Positions 8,725 through 17,532 of a stretch of DNA of 25,673 bases are shown piece by piece. Source of the stretch: Candidatus Hydrogenedentota bacterium. GTDB taxonomy: Bacteria > Hydrogenedentota > Hydrogenedentia > Hydrogenedentales > JAEUWI01. The notes below the pieces were generated by a model. That model saw nothing but the letters and a program-made list of their open reading frames with translations. It was not told the DNA's origin and did not search any database. The stretch's first letter is position 1, and each line of letters begins with the position of its first letter. The position numbers were made by a program, and so were the translations under genes. Where the stretch lies: NCBI GenBank assembly GCA_034669905.1, contig JAXMOL010000075.1, positions 1 through 25,673 on the forward strand, read 5' to 3'.

Positions 8725-10122
8725 TTACTCCGCCTCCCGCCACAATCGATTTAACATAGGCCCTGCGGCTTCGACGATACGATAGCCTGCAAAGGGCTCC
8801 AGCCGTGTCCAGCTGATGGGCTGTCCGGAATATCCGCCGCCAAGCACGCCCGCAATGGTGGGGCAGTACCCACAATAGCCGTCGGCCAGGCCCACCACCG
8901 CCGTGTGGAGCGCGGGGCTCCGCCGTTTGATGTCGAGGCCAAATTGACAATAGAGTTCGCAGGGTTGGGTGACGAGGGCCACGTCGCCGATGCGCAGGGC
9001 ATGGACGGGGAGGGTGTCCACGGGATTTTCACCATAGGTCTCCTGCAGGTGGACGGTGCCGAAGGGGAGGATGAGGTTCATGCCCGTGATGTTTTCCCCG
9101 GCATCCACACGGGCCAACACCTCACGGGCTGCTGAAACGGCCTCGGGTTCGGGCAGGCGCACGGCGATCTTCAAGTCTTCCACTTCATGGCCCAGCGGCA
9201 CCGCTGCGTGAAAAGTGGCTTCACCATAAAGGCGCAGGGTTTCTTCGGCGAGTAGCTGGCCCAAACGTTTCAGGCGGGTCTCCCGAGCTTCTTTCGAAGG
9301 TTTCATCATATCGTTCATGCTGATATCCCCCTGTGCACCATTCAGGTAAAGGACCGGGATATCACCCAGTTTTGCCCGGATGATTTTTCGCGCCTCGTCG
9401 GGGTAGTCCGCGGAGAAAAGACCGGCGGCATAGAAGTTCGTGGGGTGGGAGGTGTTGTGGTAGAGGACCGCCACGGGTTTGTCCGTCCTGTCTACCGCAA
9501 AGAGGGCAAGGTGGGCGGGGTCATCCGGTCCTTCGAGACCCGCGAAGTCGTTCCGTTGGGTGTTTCCATGCATGGAGTGGGTGCCGTCTTCCCAACAGAC
9601 CCGACGGTTGTATCCGATTTGCGCTTCGCCCGTGCCCCAACCGAGTTTCCCCGGTCGGGCGTTCTCGACGGCATCGCGCGCCACCTTTACCAGCTTGGGA
9701 CCCAGGGCATCGATATAGGCCTGGTCCACCGGCATGTGATAATTGGTCTTGAGTAGGGAAGGTCCGGAGTGGGTGTGGGTACAGGTAATCAGTACCTGCC
9801 GGGGAGGTACCTCGGTGGCCGCGCTGATGGTCTCACGGATGGGAATGACATCGCTCAGGTTGAGGCCCACCAGGTCGCAACTGAAGATCAGCAGGGGCGT
9901 TTTTCCGTCGCTTAGATAAAGGACATTCGCCTCTAACTCATCGCGGATGTATTCGCCTTTCTTCGCTGCGCCAGCACCCTGTTGCCAACTCCCGAGGGGC
10001 GGAGTGATGATGGTCGTGGCCGCACCGACGTGAATTTCAGTTGGGTTTGTACCGTCGGCTCCATAGGCCAGGCTGAAACTGAAAATGATGACCAGGAACG
10101 TTGAAATGAATAGAAGTCGCAT
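8725..10122 (-). CDS. Neutral/alkaline non-lysosomal ceramidase N-terminal-domain family protein (Zn amidohydrolase-like), exported
   Basis: Start ATG 10122 (AGGAG RBS, signal MRLLFISTFLVIIFSFSLAYG). Motifs THTHSGP, YNRR, SHPT, FSADYP, GAQGDI, PCELY and GYCGY.PT. Confidence 0.8.
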   Translation of the reverse strand: MRLLFISTFLVIIFSFSLAYGADGTNPTEIHVGAATTIITPPLGSWQQGAGAAKKGEYIRDELEANVLYLSDGKTPLLIFSCDLVGLNLSDVIPIRETISAATEVPPRQVLITCTHTHSGPSLLKTNYHMPVDQAYIDALGPKLVKVARDAVENARPGKLGWGTGEAQIGYNRRVCWEDGTHSMHGNTQRNDFAGLEGPDDPAHLALFAVDRTDKPVAVLYHNTSHPTNFYAAGLFSADYPDEARKIIRAKLGDIPVLYLNGAQGDISMNDMMKPSKEARETRLKRLGQLLAEETLRLYGEATFHAAVPLGHEVEDLKIAVRLPEPEAVSAAREVLARVDAGENITGMNLILPFGTVHLQETYGENPVDTLPVHALRIGDVALVTQPCELYCQFGLDIKRRSPALHTAVVGLADGYCGYCPTIAGVLGGGYSGQPISWTRLEPFAGYRIVEAAGPMLNRLWREAE

Positions 10123-10219
10123 ACTTTTTCTCCTGGGCTCGGTTGATGGACTTGGACGAAACGGGACGTCTGAATTTTCAATAGTAACGCTGCGGGCCTG
10201 TTCGTGGCACCCGAGTTTT

Positions 10220-11437
10220 CTAGGGTATCCATCGGGGGTGGTCGGCACCAAGATTATCGACCCCTTGCGTGAGCAGGCACTGCTTTCCACCATCGGCTTC
10301 GCATATCCAGAGTTCCGGCGCTCCACCCGTTTTCGCACGGCAGAACAAGATGTGCTGACCATCAGTGGACTCGGCGTTGCGGAAGTCCCAGCTTGGTGAA
10401 TTGGCGATGCTAAGGGGCGTGACGGACCCCGTTTCTGGGTCGATGCGGACTATCCTCGTACCACCGCGCGCTTGCTCGGGCTTAAAGTCGCGGTTGAAAT
10501 GGTCGACGTCGGGACGGTCCGCCTGGTATTCCCATGGTACCCGACTGCCAGGTTCCCGTCGGCTGCACAGAATAGTGCCATCCTTTGACCACACGGGGAC
10601 GTTGGAGCCGCCGCCTCGTGTGTCTGGGCCGCCGTAGGTGGCTGCAAACCAGAGCGCCTGCCCCTCGGTGAGGAGGCGCTGCTCGGTGCCGTCGGGACGG
10701 CTCACCACCAGGTCGGACCAGTCGTGGCCGGGGTCCTGGCCCGAGATGCAGTCCTGGAAGCAGAGCCATTCGCCATCGGGGGACCAGTTGGGTCCGAAGT
10801 AGAGGTGCCCGTCCTGTTGCGCGACCAGGGTTTTGTTGGCACCGTCCACGTCGGCGGTATGAATTTCGTAGCCCCGGGGCCCCGCCAGGTGGTAGGCCAC
10901 CCGCTTGCCATCGGGACTCAAGCTGAGGCCATAGGGCATGCCCTCGCCGGGTTGGGTGAAGGGTTGGGGATCGCTGCCATCGAGATTGATGCTGAAGGTC
11001 TGGGGGACCTTGTCCCGGATGACCTGAATCAGCATGCGGCCATCCTGTAAGAGAAGCTGGGGCGTCTGGAAGGGCGCCAGGCGCTCCTTCGTTGCGATTT
11101 CTTCAAGGCTGCCCGAATCGAGGTCGTATATCCAGAGATGGGTGGGCGTCGTGTGGTAGTACTCCTCAAAGGGCTTCCCCGGACCATCCCGGCGGGGCTC
11201 CATGCTGAGCATGATGACCCGGTGTCCGTCGGGGAAGAAGCCGCCCGGTTGCCAGGTGGCCTGGTTGGGTACATCGAATTCCAGATAGCGGAGGCCCGAT
11301 CCATCGGCGTTCATCAGGGCCGTCTTGCCCTGGGAGGTGAAGAAGAAGCGCTTTTTCGCGGGGGCACCTGATGCTGTCGCAGAAGCGAAGGTGGCAAGGG
11401 CGCTGTATTTGAGAAACTGACGGCGGTCGATGTGCAT
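10220..11437 (-). CDS. Tat-exported TolB-like/PD40 beta-propeller protein
   Basis: Tat motif DRRQFLK and GAGG RBS. Repeated FFPDG/LSPDG/WSPDG/WSKDG and xDGS/T blade motifs. Confidence 0.8.
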   Translation of the reverse strand: MHIDRRQFLKYSALATFASATASGAPAKKRFFFTSQGKTALMNADGSGLRYLEFDVPNQATWQPGGFFPDGHRVIMLSMEPRRDGPGKPFEEYYHTTPTHLWIYDLDSGSLEEIATKERLAPFQTPQLLLQDGRMLIQVIRDKVPQTFSINLDGSDPQPFTQPGEGMPYGLSLSPDGKRVAYHLAGPRGYEIHTADVDGANKTLVAQQDGHLYFGPNWSPDGEWLCFQDCISGQDPGHDWSDLVVSRPDGTEQRLLTEGQALWFAATYGGPDTRGGGSNVPVWSKDGTILCSRREPGSRVPWEYQADRPDVDHFNRDFKPEQARGGTRIVRIDPETGSVTPLSIANSPSWDFRNAESTDGQHILFCRAKTGGAPELWICEADGGKQCLLTQGVDNLGADHPRWIP

Positions 11438-11565
11438 TTGTTTCCTCGCTAAATCGTTGTTTGTCCACCAGCCCCCTATTTCTCGGGAGCGTAAGAAGAC
11501 TGTTACACATTTACGAAACTATAAGGACAACGGTATAGCTCAAGGGCGATTATCAAGTATTTCCT

Positions 11566-11800
11566 ATGCCGCCCCGTTGGGACTACTGGTATCTCGTGAT
11601 ATCTTCTACCTAGGACTCGCTACGCTCGCCGCTGGGCTACGATATGTCGCCACTACGTGGCTGATTCAGGAAAATTCCTGCGTTCCTTGCGCTCTTTTGC
11701 GGCCAACAATATTCGTGTAAATTAGTGTGCATTCGTGGTTCAACTTTTTTGGTCGAAGCCATGCCACGATAGGCTACGATATGTCGCCAACTTCGTGGAC
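11566..11800. repeat. Composite cluster of short intergenic repeats (REP-like hairpins and 9-10 bp period triplets)
   Basis: GGCTACGATATGTCGCCA at 11635-11652 and 11772-11789, hairpin GCCAC-TAC-GTGGC, three TGCG units at 11675-11704, three ATT(C/A)GTG units at 11711-11740. Confidence 0.7.
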
Positions 11801-11826
11801 CAACAGGCCCCGATCGGGTGCTTTCC

Positions 11827-14031
11827 TCATAGGCCCGGTCCTGCCAATGCTTGCTTATTTTTTTGAAGTTCCGACAACCATTTCAGAACGCGGTCCTGCT
11901 GATCCCGCTGAAATCGGCTGATATCATCGGGGGTTTCGTAGGTTAGCCCCGGGGCCGAATTGCCGATGTGGTCGCGGGCCTTTTGCACCGACTCGGTGAC
12001 GGCATCCACCTTGGAAAGGCGGTCACGTTGTGGCGACACGACCAGGCAGGGGCGCGGAGCGATTAACGCGAACAGGTCTTCGTAGTCATAGGGGATTTCC
12101 TCTTCTTGGCCAGCGAATAGGCCGAGTTTGGGGAGTAGCGCATGGCCTTCCCAAAGTTGCCGTATTCCACCCGTCGCGGCTTCGTCCGTATTGGTGCGGA
12201 AGGGCGTAACGCCGGCGAAGGAAGCAACGCCGGTTATGCGCTCATCCAACGCGGCGGCATGGAGACCGACCATACCACCCAGGGAATAGCCCACGAGGAA
12301 TACCTTGTCGGTGTCGAATGGCGGCAATGCGGAGGCGGCGTGTCCCTTGCCATCGACGACAAAATCGACGGCAGCGCGCACATCGTAGACCATGCGCCCC
12401 ATGCGCGACCATTGGGGAAATTTCTCGTAGAAATCCGTGCCCTCCAACAGGCGCAGTCCGAAGCCGACCTGGTCAAAGGTGACAACGGCGTAGCCTTCCT
12501 GGGCCAGACGGTGATAGATGGTGGTGCCTTCCACGCCATACCCCTCGTTGTAGCCTGTGGAATAGGAGTAGGGATGGAGCCAGACGACGACGGGGGCGGG
12601 GGTGCTCCGCTTGGGATTGTGGTAGAGATTGCCCGGTACACCGTTTCCGAAGAGGATGGGGATACGTTCCGTGTCCGGTGCGGCCCAGCGGTCGTGGTCC
12701 ATTCGCAGAGAGTCTTCGGCCTTGATGAATTCTGTTGCTCCCGTGGGGAGGGTCTCCGGGGCCGTTCCCATGAGCCAGTTGATCCGCGCTTCTGCTGGGG
12801 CGTCTAGCTGTGGTGCTTCGAGTGCTTCCGGCGTCTGGGCGCTTTTCCAGCCGTCCCAGTCAAAGCGGTGCAGGAACACTTCCGGGAAATCAGTCGACTT
12901 CACCGCACCCCTCCCGAAGGCCAGGTCAAACCAATCCAGGTTCTCCTGGCGATGTTCCGGGGTGATGGGATTGTGGGAGCCGCTGCGGTAGCTCACGCGA
13001 CATTTTTCCGGGGCTCCGAGGAGTTGGTAGACCTGTCGGCCTTCCAGATAGCCCTGCTCGACGGCCCAGGTCGGTTCACATCCATCCTGATGGGCTGTGT
13101 GAATGAGGAGCGGACGGGGCGCAATAAGGGCGTACCACCCGTGGGCGTCCATGGGCAATTCATTTTCCGTTCCGTAGTAGCCCTTCAGCGACTGAAGGAA
13201 CCAGGAGCCGGGATAGTCGCGCACCGTTTCCATGAAGGTGTCCCGTGTGGTGAGGCGATAGGGGCACGACGCCGGGGAGCCGGGACTGCGTGCTACCACG
13301 GCCGTGAAGCGTTCGTCGAAGGCCGCCGCAATCATGGACTGCTTGCCATAGCGCGAGTGGCCAATGATACCGACCTGCTCGGAGGCAACGGGATAGCCTT
13401 GCTTTGGGTCGAGGATATAATCCAGCGCACGGGAGGCGAGCCAGGCCTTGCAGACAATCTCGGTCCACGTGGCTTCGGGATATTCCTTGCGAAAGGTTTC
13501 CCATACCGAATGATAGCCGGGGAAGGCCTTTTCGGGATGGTCTTTATCCACACCAGGATAGAGGCACACCATGTAGCCACGGGCCAGGGCATCTTCCGCC
13601 CAGTCCAATTGGTAGTAGCGGGGGGCCGTCATGAGGAGGGGAAAAGGACCGTCACCCGTGGGTATCCACAGCCACATTTCGAAAGCAGCCCGATTCTTCG
13701 TGTCAAAGGTCAATCGGATCCGGTGTCTCTGGGAAGCATCGGCAGGGGACTGGGTTTCCAGAATTTCAGCCGACACGATCGCGGGGGTCGCGGCGGGAAG
13801 GGTGCCGGTAAAGGTCTTCGTCATTAGTTCAAGTATTTCGGCGCGGCGTGTGGGCCATTGGGAAACGTCCGCGACAGCCGTGCCGTCCTGAAGCTGGAGC
13901 AAGGGCGGCAGGAGGGGGTTGGCCTGGGCGGTGCCGAGTAGCATCTGGTCACCGAAGAGGGTGACGAACAAGCACAGGAATGGAAAGAGAAGGCTGCGTC
14001 TCTTATTGAAGGAATGTGGGCGAATCAGCAT
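11827..14031 (-). CDS. Exported tandem alpha/beta-hydrolase: N-terminal CE15 (glucuronoyl esterase)-like domain plus C-terminal alpha/beta-hydrolase domain
   Basis: Start ATG 14031 or TTG 14040 (AAGGA RBS), signal ending TAQA. Domain 1 has W..RR.EI, AWLASRALDY, GHSRYGK and LIAPRP. Domain 2 has GYSLGG and LIAPRP. Confidence 0.8.
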   Translation of the reverse strand: MLIRPHSFNKRRSLLFPFLCLFVTLFGDQMLLGTAQANPLLPPLLQLQDGTAVADVSQWPTRRAEILELMTKTFTGTLPAATPAIVSAEILETQSPADASQRHRIRLTFDTKNRAAFEMWLWIPTGDGPFPLLMTAPRYYQLDWAEDALARGYMVCLYPGVDKDHPEKAFPGYHSVWETFRKEYPEATWTEIVCKAWLASRALDYILDPKQGYPVASEQVGIIGHSRYGKQSMIAAAFDERFTAVVARSPGSPASCPYRLTTRDTFMETVRDYPGSWFLQSLKGYYGTENELPMDAHGWYALIAPRPLLIHTAHQDGCEPTWAVEQGYLEGRQVYQLLGAPEKCRVSYRSGSHNPITPEHRQENLDWFDLAFGRGAVKSTDFPEVFLHRFDWDGWKSAQTPEALEAPQLDAPAEARINWLMGTAPETLPTGATEFIKAEDSLRMDHDRWAAPDTERIPILFGNGVPGNLYHNPKRSTPAPVVVWLHPYSYSTGYNEGYGVEGTTIYHRLAQEGYAVVTFDQVGFGLRLLEGTDFYEKFPQWSRMGRMVYDVRAAVDFVVDGKGHAASALPPFDTDKVFLVGYSLGGMVGLHAAALDERITGVASFAGVTPFRTNTDEAATGGIRQLWEGHALLPKLGLFAGQEEEIPYDYEDLFALIAPRPCLVVSPQRDRLSKVDAVTESVQKARDHIGNSAPGLTYETPDDISRFQRDQQDRVLKWLSELQKNKQALAGPGL

Positions 14032-14079
14032 CGTGGACAATTGAAAATCCTTTGTGGGGTCGTGGAAATACTGTTCAAG

Positions 14080-14108
14080 ACAATACCCCATCACTCCCGC
14101 CAACGCAA
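14080..14108 (-). promoter_or_regulatory. Putative sigma70 promoter for the esterase gene
   Basis: Minus strand TTGCGT-N17-TATTGT. Confidence 0.4.
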
Positions 14109-14141
14109 GAGCGATTGCCGTGGTGGACGGGCTACCGGGAG

Positions 14142-14170
14142 TTGACCGCGATGATGGGTTTCCGTATGCT
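14142..14170 (+). promoter_or_regulatory. Putative sigma70 promoter for the sulfatase pair
   Basis: TTGACC-N17-TATGCT, ending 55 nt before ATG 14225. Confidence 0.55.
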
Positions 14171-14224
14171 GAATGGCTCACAAGAACGTAGTGAATTGGC
14201 AACAAGGTGGGAGTAGCGATTGAG

Positions 14225-15775
14225 ATGAAACACGCAGCCATATGGACGCTTTTCGTGGCGTTGCTACACGGTGTAGGTGCCGCCGACCGACCGAATATAC
14301 TCCTGGCCATTTCCGATGACCAGTCTTATTTTCACACCTCGAAAGCGGGCTACCCGGCCATCGAGACCCCGGCCTTTGATCGCATTGCCAACGAGGGCGT
14401 TTACTTCACCCACGCGATCACCGCGTCCCCGGGCTGCAGTCCGTCGCGGGCCGCATTGCTTACAGGCCGTTACTGCTGGCAGTTGGAGCACGCGGGCACC
14501 CATGCCAGTTCCTTTTCCCAGAAGTATGTGACCTACCCCGACCTGCTGGAGCATGCGGGCTACGTGGTCGGTTATACCGGCAAAGGCTGGGGGCCGGGGG
14601 ACTACACCAAATCGGGACGTACCCGGAATCCCGCCGGTCCCGAGTGGAATGACAGGCGGATGAAAACGGAGCCGGGCATCCATGATAAGGATTACGTCGG
14701 TAACTTTGCCGATTTCCTGGCCAGCCGCAAAGCGGGACAGCCCTTCGCCTTCTGGTATGGCGGCCACGAGCCCCATCGGGTCTTCAAAGACGGTATCGGG
14801 CTGGAGCAGGGAAAGCAATTGGCGGATGCCGCTGTGCCACCCTTTCTCCCCGACACCCCCGAGATTCGCAGCGACCTCCTGGACTATTGCGTGGAGATCG
14901 AGTGGTTCGACGCCCAGCTGGCCAAGATGATTGCCCTGTTGGAAGAAGCGGGAGAGTTGGATAACACCATCATCGTGGTGACGTCGGACAACGGTATGGC
15001 CTTTCCCCGGGCCAAGGCCAATATGTATGAACACGGCATCCGCATGCCCCTGGCCATTCGCTGGGGCGACAGGGTGCCGGGCGGACGTACCGTGGATGAT
15101 CTGGTCAGCCTCATTGATTTGGCACCGACCTTCCTGGAGGCGACCGGCGTCAAGCACCCCGGCGAAACCTATGCGGCACCGCCCATGACCGGCCAGAGTC
15201 TGCTGGCGATGCTGACAGGAGACAAATCTGGTGTCGTGGAGCCGGAGCGTAGCGCCGTGTACAGTGCGCGGGAACGGCATTCTTCCTCGCGCTATAAAAC
15301 CCTGGCCTATCCCCAACGTGGACTGCGCACCCGGGACTATCTCTACGTGCGCAATTTCCGTCCCGAGCGGTGGCCTGCCGGTGCGCCGCAGAAATATGGT
15401 ACCGACAAGGAACCCAACGATTTCACCCAATTGGGCCCCATGCACGGTGGCTACCATGACATCGACGCCTGCCCGACCCATACCTATATGGTGGAGCATC
15501 GGGAAGACGCGTCCGTTGCCCCCTTTTTTCATGCGGCGGTCGATCACCGTCCGGCGGAAGAGCTCTTTCGTATTGACGACGACCCGGGCTGTATGAAAAA
15601 CCTTGCCGATGACCCGGCCTTTGCCGACGTTAAGGCGGAGTTGGCTGCCCAGATGACGGCGTTTCTCAAGGCCACGGGGGACCCGCGCATCCAGGGGAAA
15701 GGCGATATCTTTGAGACCTATCCGCGCTATAGCAAACACCGCTATTTTCCCAAACCCGATTGGGCCAGAAAGTAG
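14225..15775 (+). CDS. Sulfatase (S1 family, N-sulfoglucosamine sulfohydrolase-like group)
   Basis: Signal peptide. Motifs RPNILLAISDDQS, CSPSRAALLTG, GKGWGPG, EPHR, SDNGM.FPRAKANMYE.G, RERH and RPAEELF. Confidence 0.9.
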   Translation: MKHAAIWTLFVALLHGVGAADRPNILLAISDDQSYFHTSKAGYPAIETPAFDRIANEGVYFTHAITASPGCSPSRAALLTGRYCWQLEHAGTHASSFSQKYVTYPDLLEHAGYVVGYTGKGWGPGDYTKSGRTRNPAGPEWNDRRMKTEPGIHDKDYVGNFADFLASRKAGQPFAFWYGGHEPHRVFKDGIGLEQGKQLADAAVPPFLPDTPEIRSDLLDYCVEIEWFDAQLAKMIALLEEAGELDNTIIVVTSDNGMAFPRAKANMYEHGIRMPLAIRWGDRVPGGRTVDDLVSLIDLAPTFLEATGVKHPGETYAAPPMTGQSLLAMLTGDKSGVVEPERSAVYSARERHSSSRYKTLAYPQRGLRTRDYLYVRNFRPERWPAGAPQKYGTDKEPNDFTQLGPMHGGYHDIDACPTHTYMVEHREDASVAPFFHAAVDHRPAEELFRIDDDPGCMKNLADDPAFADVKAELAAQMTAFLKATGDPRIQGKGDIFETYPRYSKHRYFPKPDWARK

Positions 15776-15779
15776 TGGG

Positions 15780-15909
15780 ATGGAGCGCCAACGCTCTGCC
15801 GACGCATGTAGCTTGTATTTGTATGGAGCGCCAGCGGCCCGCTGGCACACGGGAGCTCGTGTTAATGTGGTGGACGGGGCAGGCCGTGTGGACCGTCGAC
15901 TCCGTCCAC
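15780..15909 (+). repeat. REP-like palindromic elements between the two sulfatases
   Basis: ATGGAGCGCCA at 15780 and 15823, hairpin GCCAGCG-GCC-CGCTGGC at 15830-15846, hairpin ACACG...CGTGT at 15847-15862, inverted pair GTGGACGG (15870-15877) and CCGTCCAC (15902-15909). Confidence 0.55.
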
Positions 15910-15942
15910 TCGACGTGGCCCGGTAATTCCGGAGGATGAACT

Positions 15943-17508
15943 TTGAAACTATCTGCTCTCATTACTGCTCTTGCCGTCTTTCTCGTTGCCACGGTCGTTC
16001 AGGCCGCCGAGCGGCCCAACATCGTCGTCATTCTGGCAGACGACATGGGGTACTCCGACATCGGCTGCTACGGCGGCGAGATCAAGACCCCCAACCTGGA
16101 CAAGATGGCGGGGGAAGGCCTCCGTTTTACCCAGTTCTACAATGCCGCGCGATGCTGTCCGACCCGGGCATCGCTACTGACGGGGCTTTATCCCCATCAG
16201 GCGGGCATGGGCGGTATGGTTAACGGCGGCGGCGACACGCGCCCCGAAGGCCCCTATCAGGGCTATCTGAATGAACAGAGTGTCACCCTGGCGGAAGTCC
16301 TCAAGACGGCGGGCTATGGCACCTACATGTCGGGGAAATGGCATGTCGGGGAAGAACGTCCCCATTGGCCGGTAGACCGGGGCTTCGACCGCTACTACGG
16401 CCTCATCAGCGGCGCGATGAACTACTTCGATATCGACAAGGGAAAGGCGGACAACGTGACCCGCCGTTTCGCCATCGACGGAGAAGCCCATCGTCCGCCC
16501 AACAAAGACTTTTATATGACCGACGCCATTACGGAGCATGCCGTGGGCTACCTCGAAGAAGCCCAGTCGAAGGAGGAGCCCTTCTTCTTTTACGTGGCCT
16601 ACAATGCGCCCCATTGGCCCCTTCATGCGCCGGAAGAAGCCGTCCAGCGTTATGTGGGGAAATACCGCGATGGGTGGGAGCCGGTACGCGCAGCCCGATA
16701 CGAGCGTATGCGCGCCCTAGGGATTGTGGATGATACCTGGCCCCTCACACCGCCAGATGACGGGGTGGCGGATTGGGAAGAGGTGGAAGACAAGGCCCTT
16801 ATGGATCGAAAGATGGCGGTCTATGCTGCGCAGGTGGAACTCATGGATCAGGGTATCGGTACTATCATGAAACAGCTGGAGCACATGGGCGTCGCGGACA
16901 ATACCCTCGTGCTTTTTCTATCGGACAATGGGGGTTGCCACGAATCCGGTCCACTCGGATTTGACCGGAGGAACAATGGTGTTCCGGTGGGGGGCGTGGA
17001 CAGCTACATGAGCTATGGTCAGTCCTGGGCGAATGTAAGCAATACGCCCTTTCGCATGTACAAACACTGGGTGCACGAAGGGGGGATTGCGACCCCCCTG
17101 GTGGTGCGCTGGCCTGCGGGTATACCGGAGCGCGGAACCCTCGTGAAAAGCCCCGGCCATGTGGTCGATATTATGGCCACCTGTGTGGAGCTATCCGGAG
17201 CAACCTATCCCACGGCTCGGGGCGATAAGCAGGTGCATGCCATGGCCGGTAAGAGTCTTCTCCCGGTGTTTCAGGGAGAGAAGCGGTCCGACTATGGCCC
17301 CCTGTTCTGGGAGCACATGGGGAGCCGGGCCATTCGGGAAGGGGACTGGAAGTTGGTCTCCGCAGACGGTGGCCCCTGGGAACTCTATGATCTCAGCCAA
17401 GACCGGACGGAAATGGTTAATCTCGTCGATTCCCATCCCGAAAAACGTGATGCGCTCTTGACGTCCTACGAAAGCTGGGCCCGCTCTGTTGGGGTGCGGA
17501 CAAAGTAA
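15943..17508 (+). CDS. Arylsulfatase (S1 family, AtsA-like)
   Basis: TTG start after GGAGG, signal peptide. Canonical ADDMGYSD, CCPTRASLLTG, GKWH, APHWPLHA, SDNG and YKHWVHEGG. Confidence 0.93.
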   Translation: MKLSALITALAVFLVATVVQAAERPNIVVILADDMGYSDIGCYGGEIKTPNLDKMAGEGLRFTQFYNAARCCPTRASLLTGLYPHQAGMGGMVNGGGDTRPEGPYQGYLNEQSVTLAEVLKTAGYGTYMSGKWHVGEERPHWPVDRGFDRYYGLISGAMNYFDIDKGKADNVTRRFAIDGEAHRPPNKDFYMTDAITEHAVGYLEEAQSKEEPFFFYVAYNAPHWPLHAPEEAVQRYVGKYRDGWEPVRAARYERMRALGIVDDTWPLTPPDDGVADWEEVEDKALMDRKMAVYAAQVELMDQGIGTIMKQLEHMGVADNTLVLFLSDNGGCHESGPLGFDRRNNGVPVGGVDSYMSYGQSWANVSNTPFRMYKHWVHEGGIATPLVVRWPAGIPERGTLVKSPGHVVDIMATCVELSGATYPTARGDKQVHAMAGKSLLPVFQGEKRSDYGPLFWEHMGSRAIREGDWKLVSADGGPWELYDLSQDRTEMVNLVDSHPEKRDALLTSYESWARSVGVRTK

Positions 17509-17532
17509 TCCCCAGGAGGTTGGAACGTACGC

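Noticed and set aside
11635..11789. CRISPR array or ncRNA
   Set aside because: There are only two 18-bp copies with an over-long spacer, no cas genes and no recognisable RNA family.
14041..14310. N-terminal extensions of track ORFs (11827-14310, 8725-10362, 3619-4584, 21335-22825)
   Set aside because: The first three overlap neighbouring genes, and in all four a downstream start has an RBS and a signal-like sequence.
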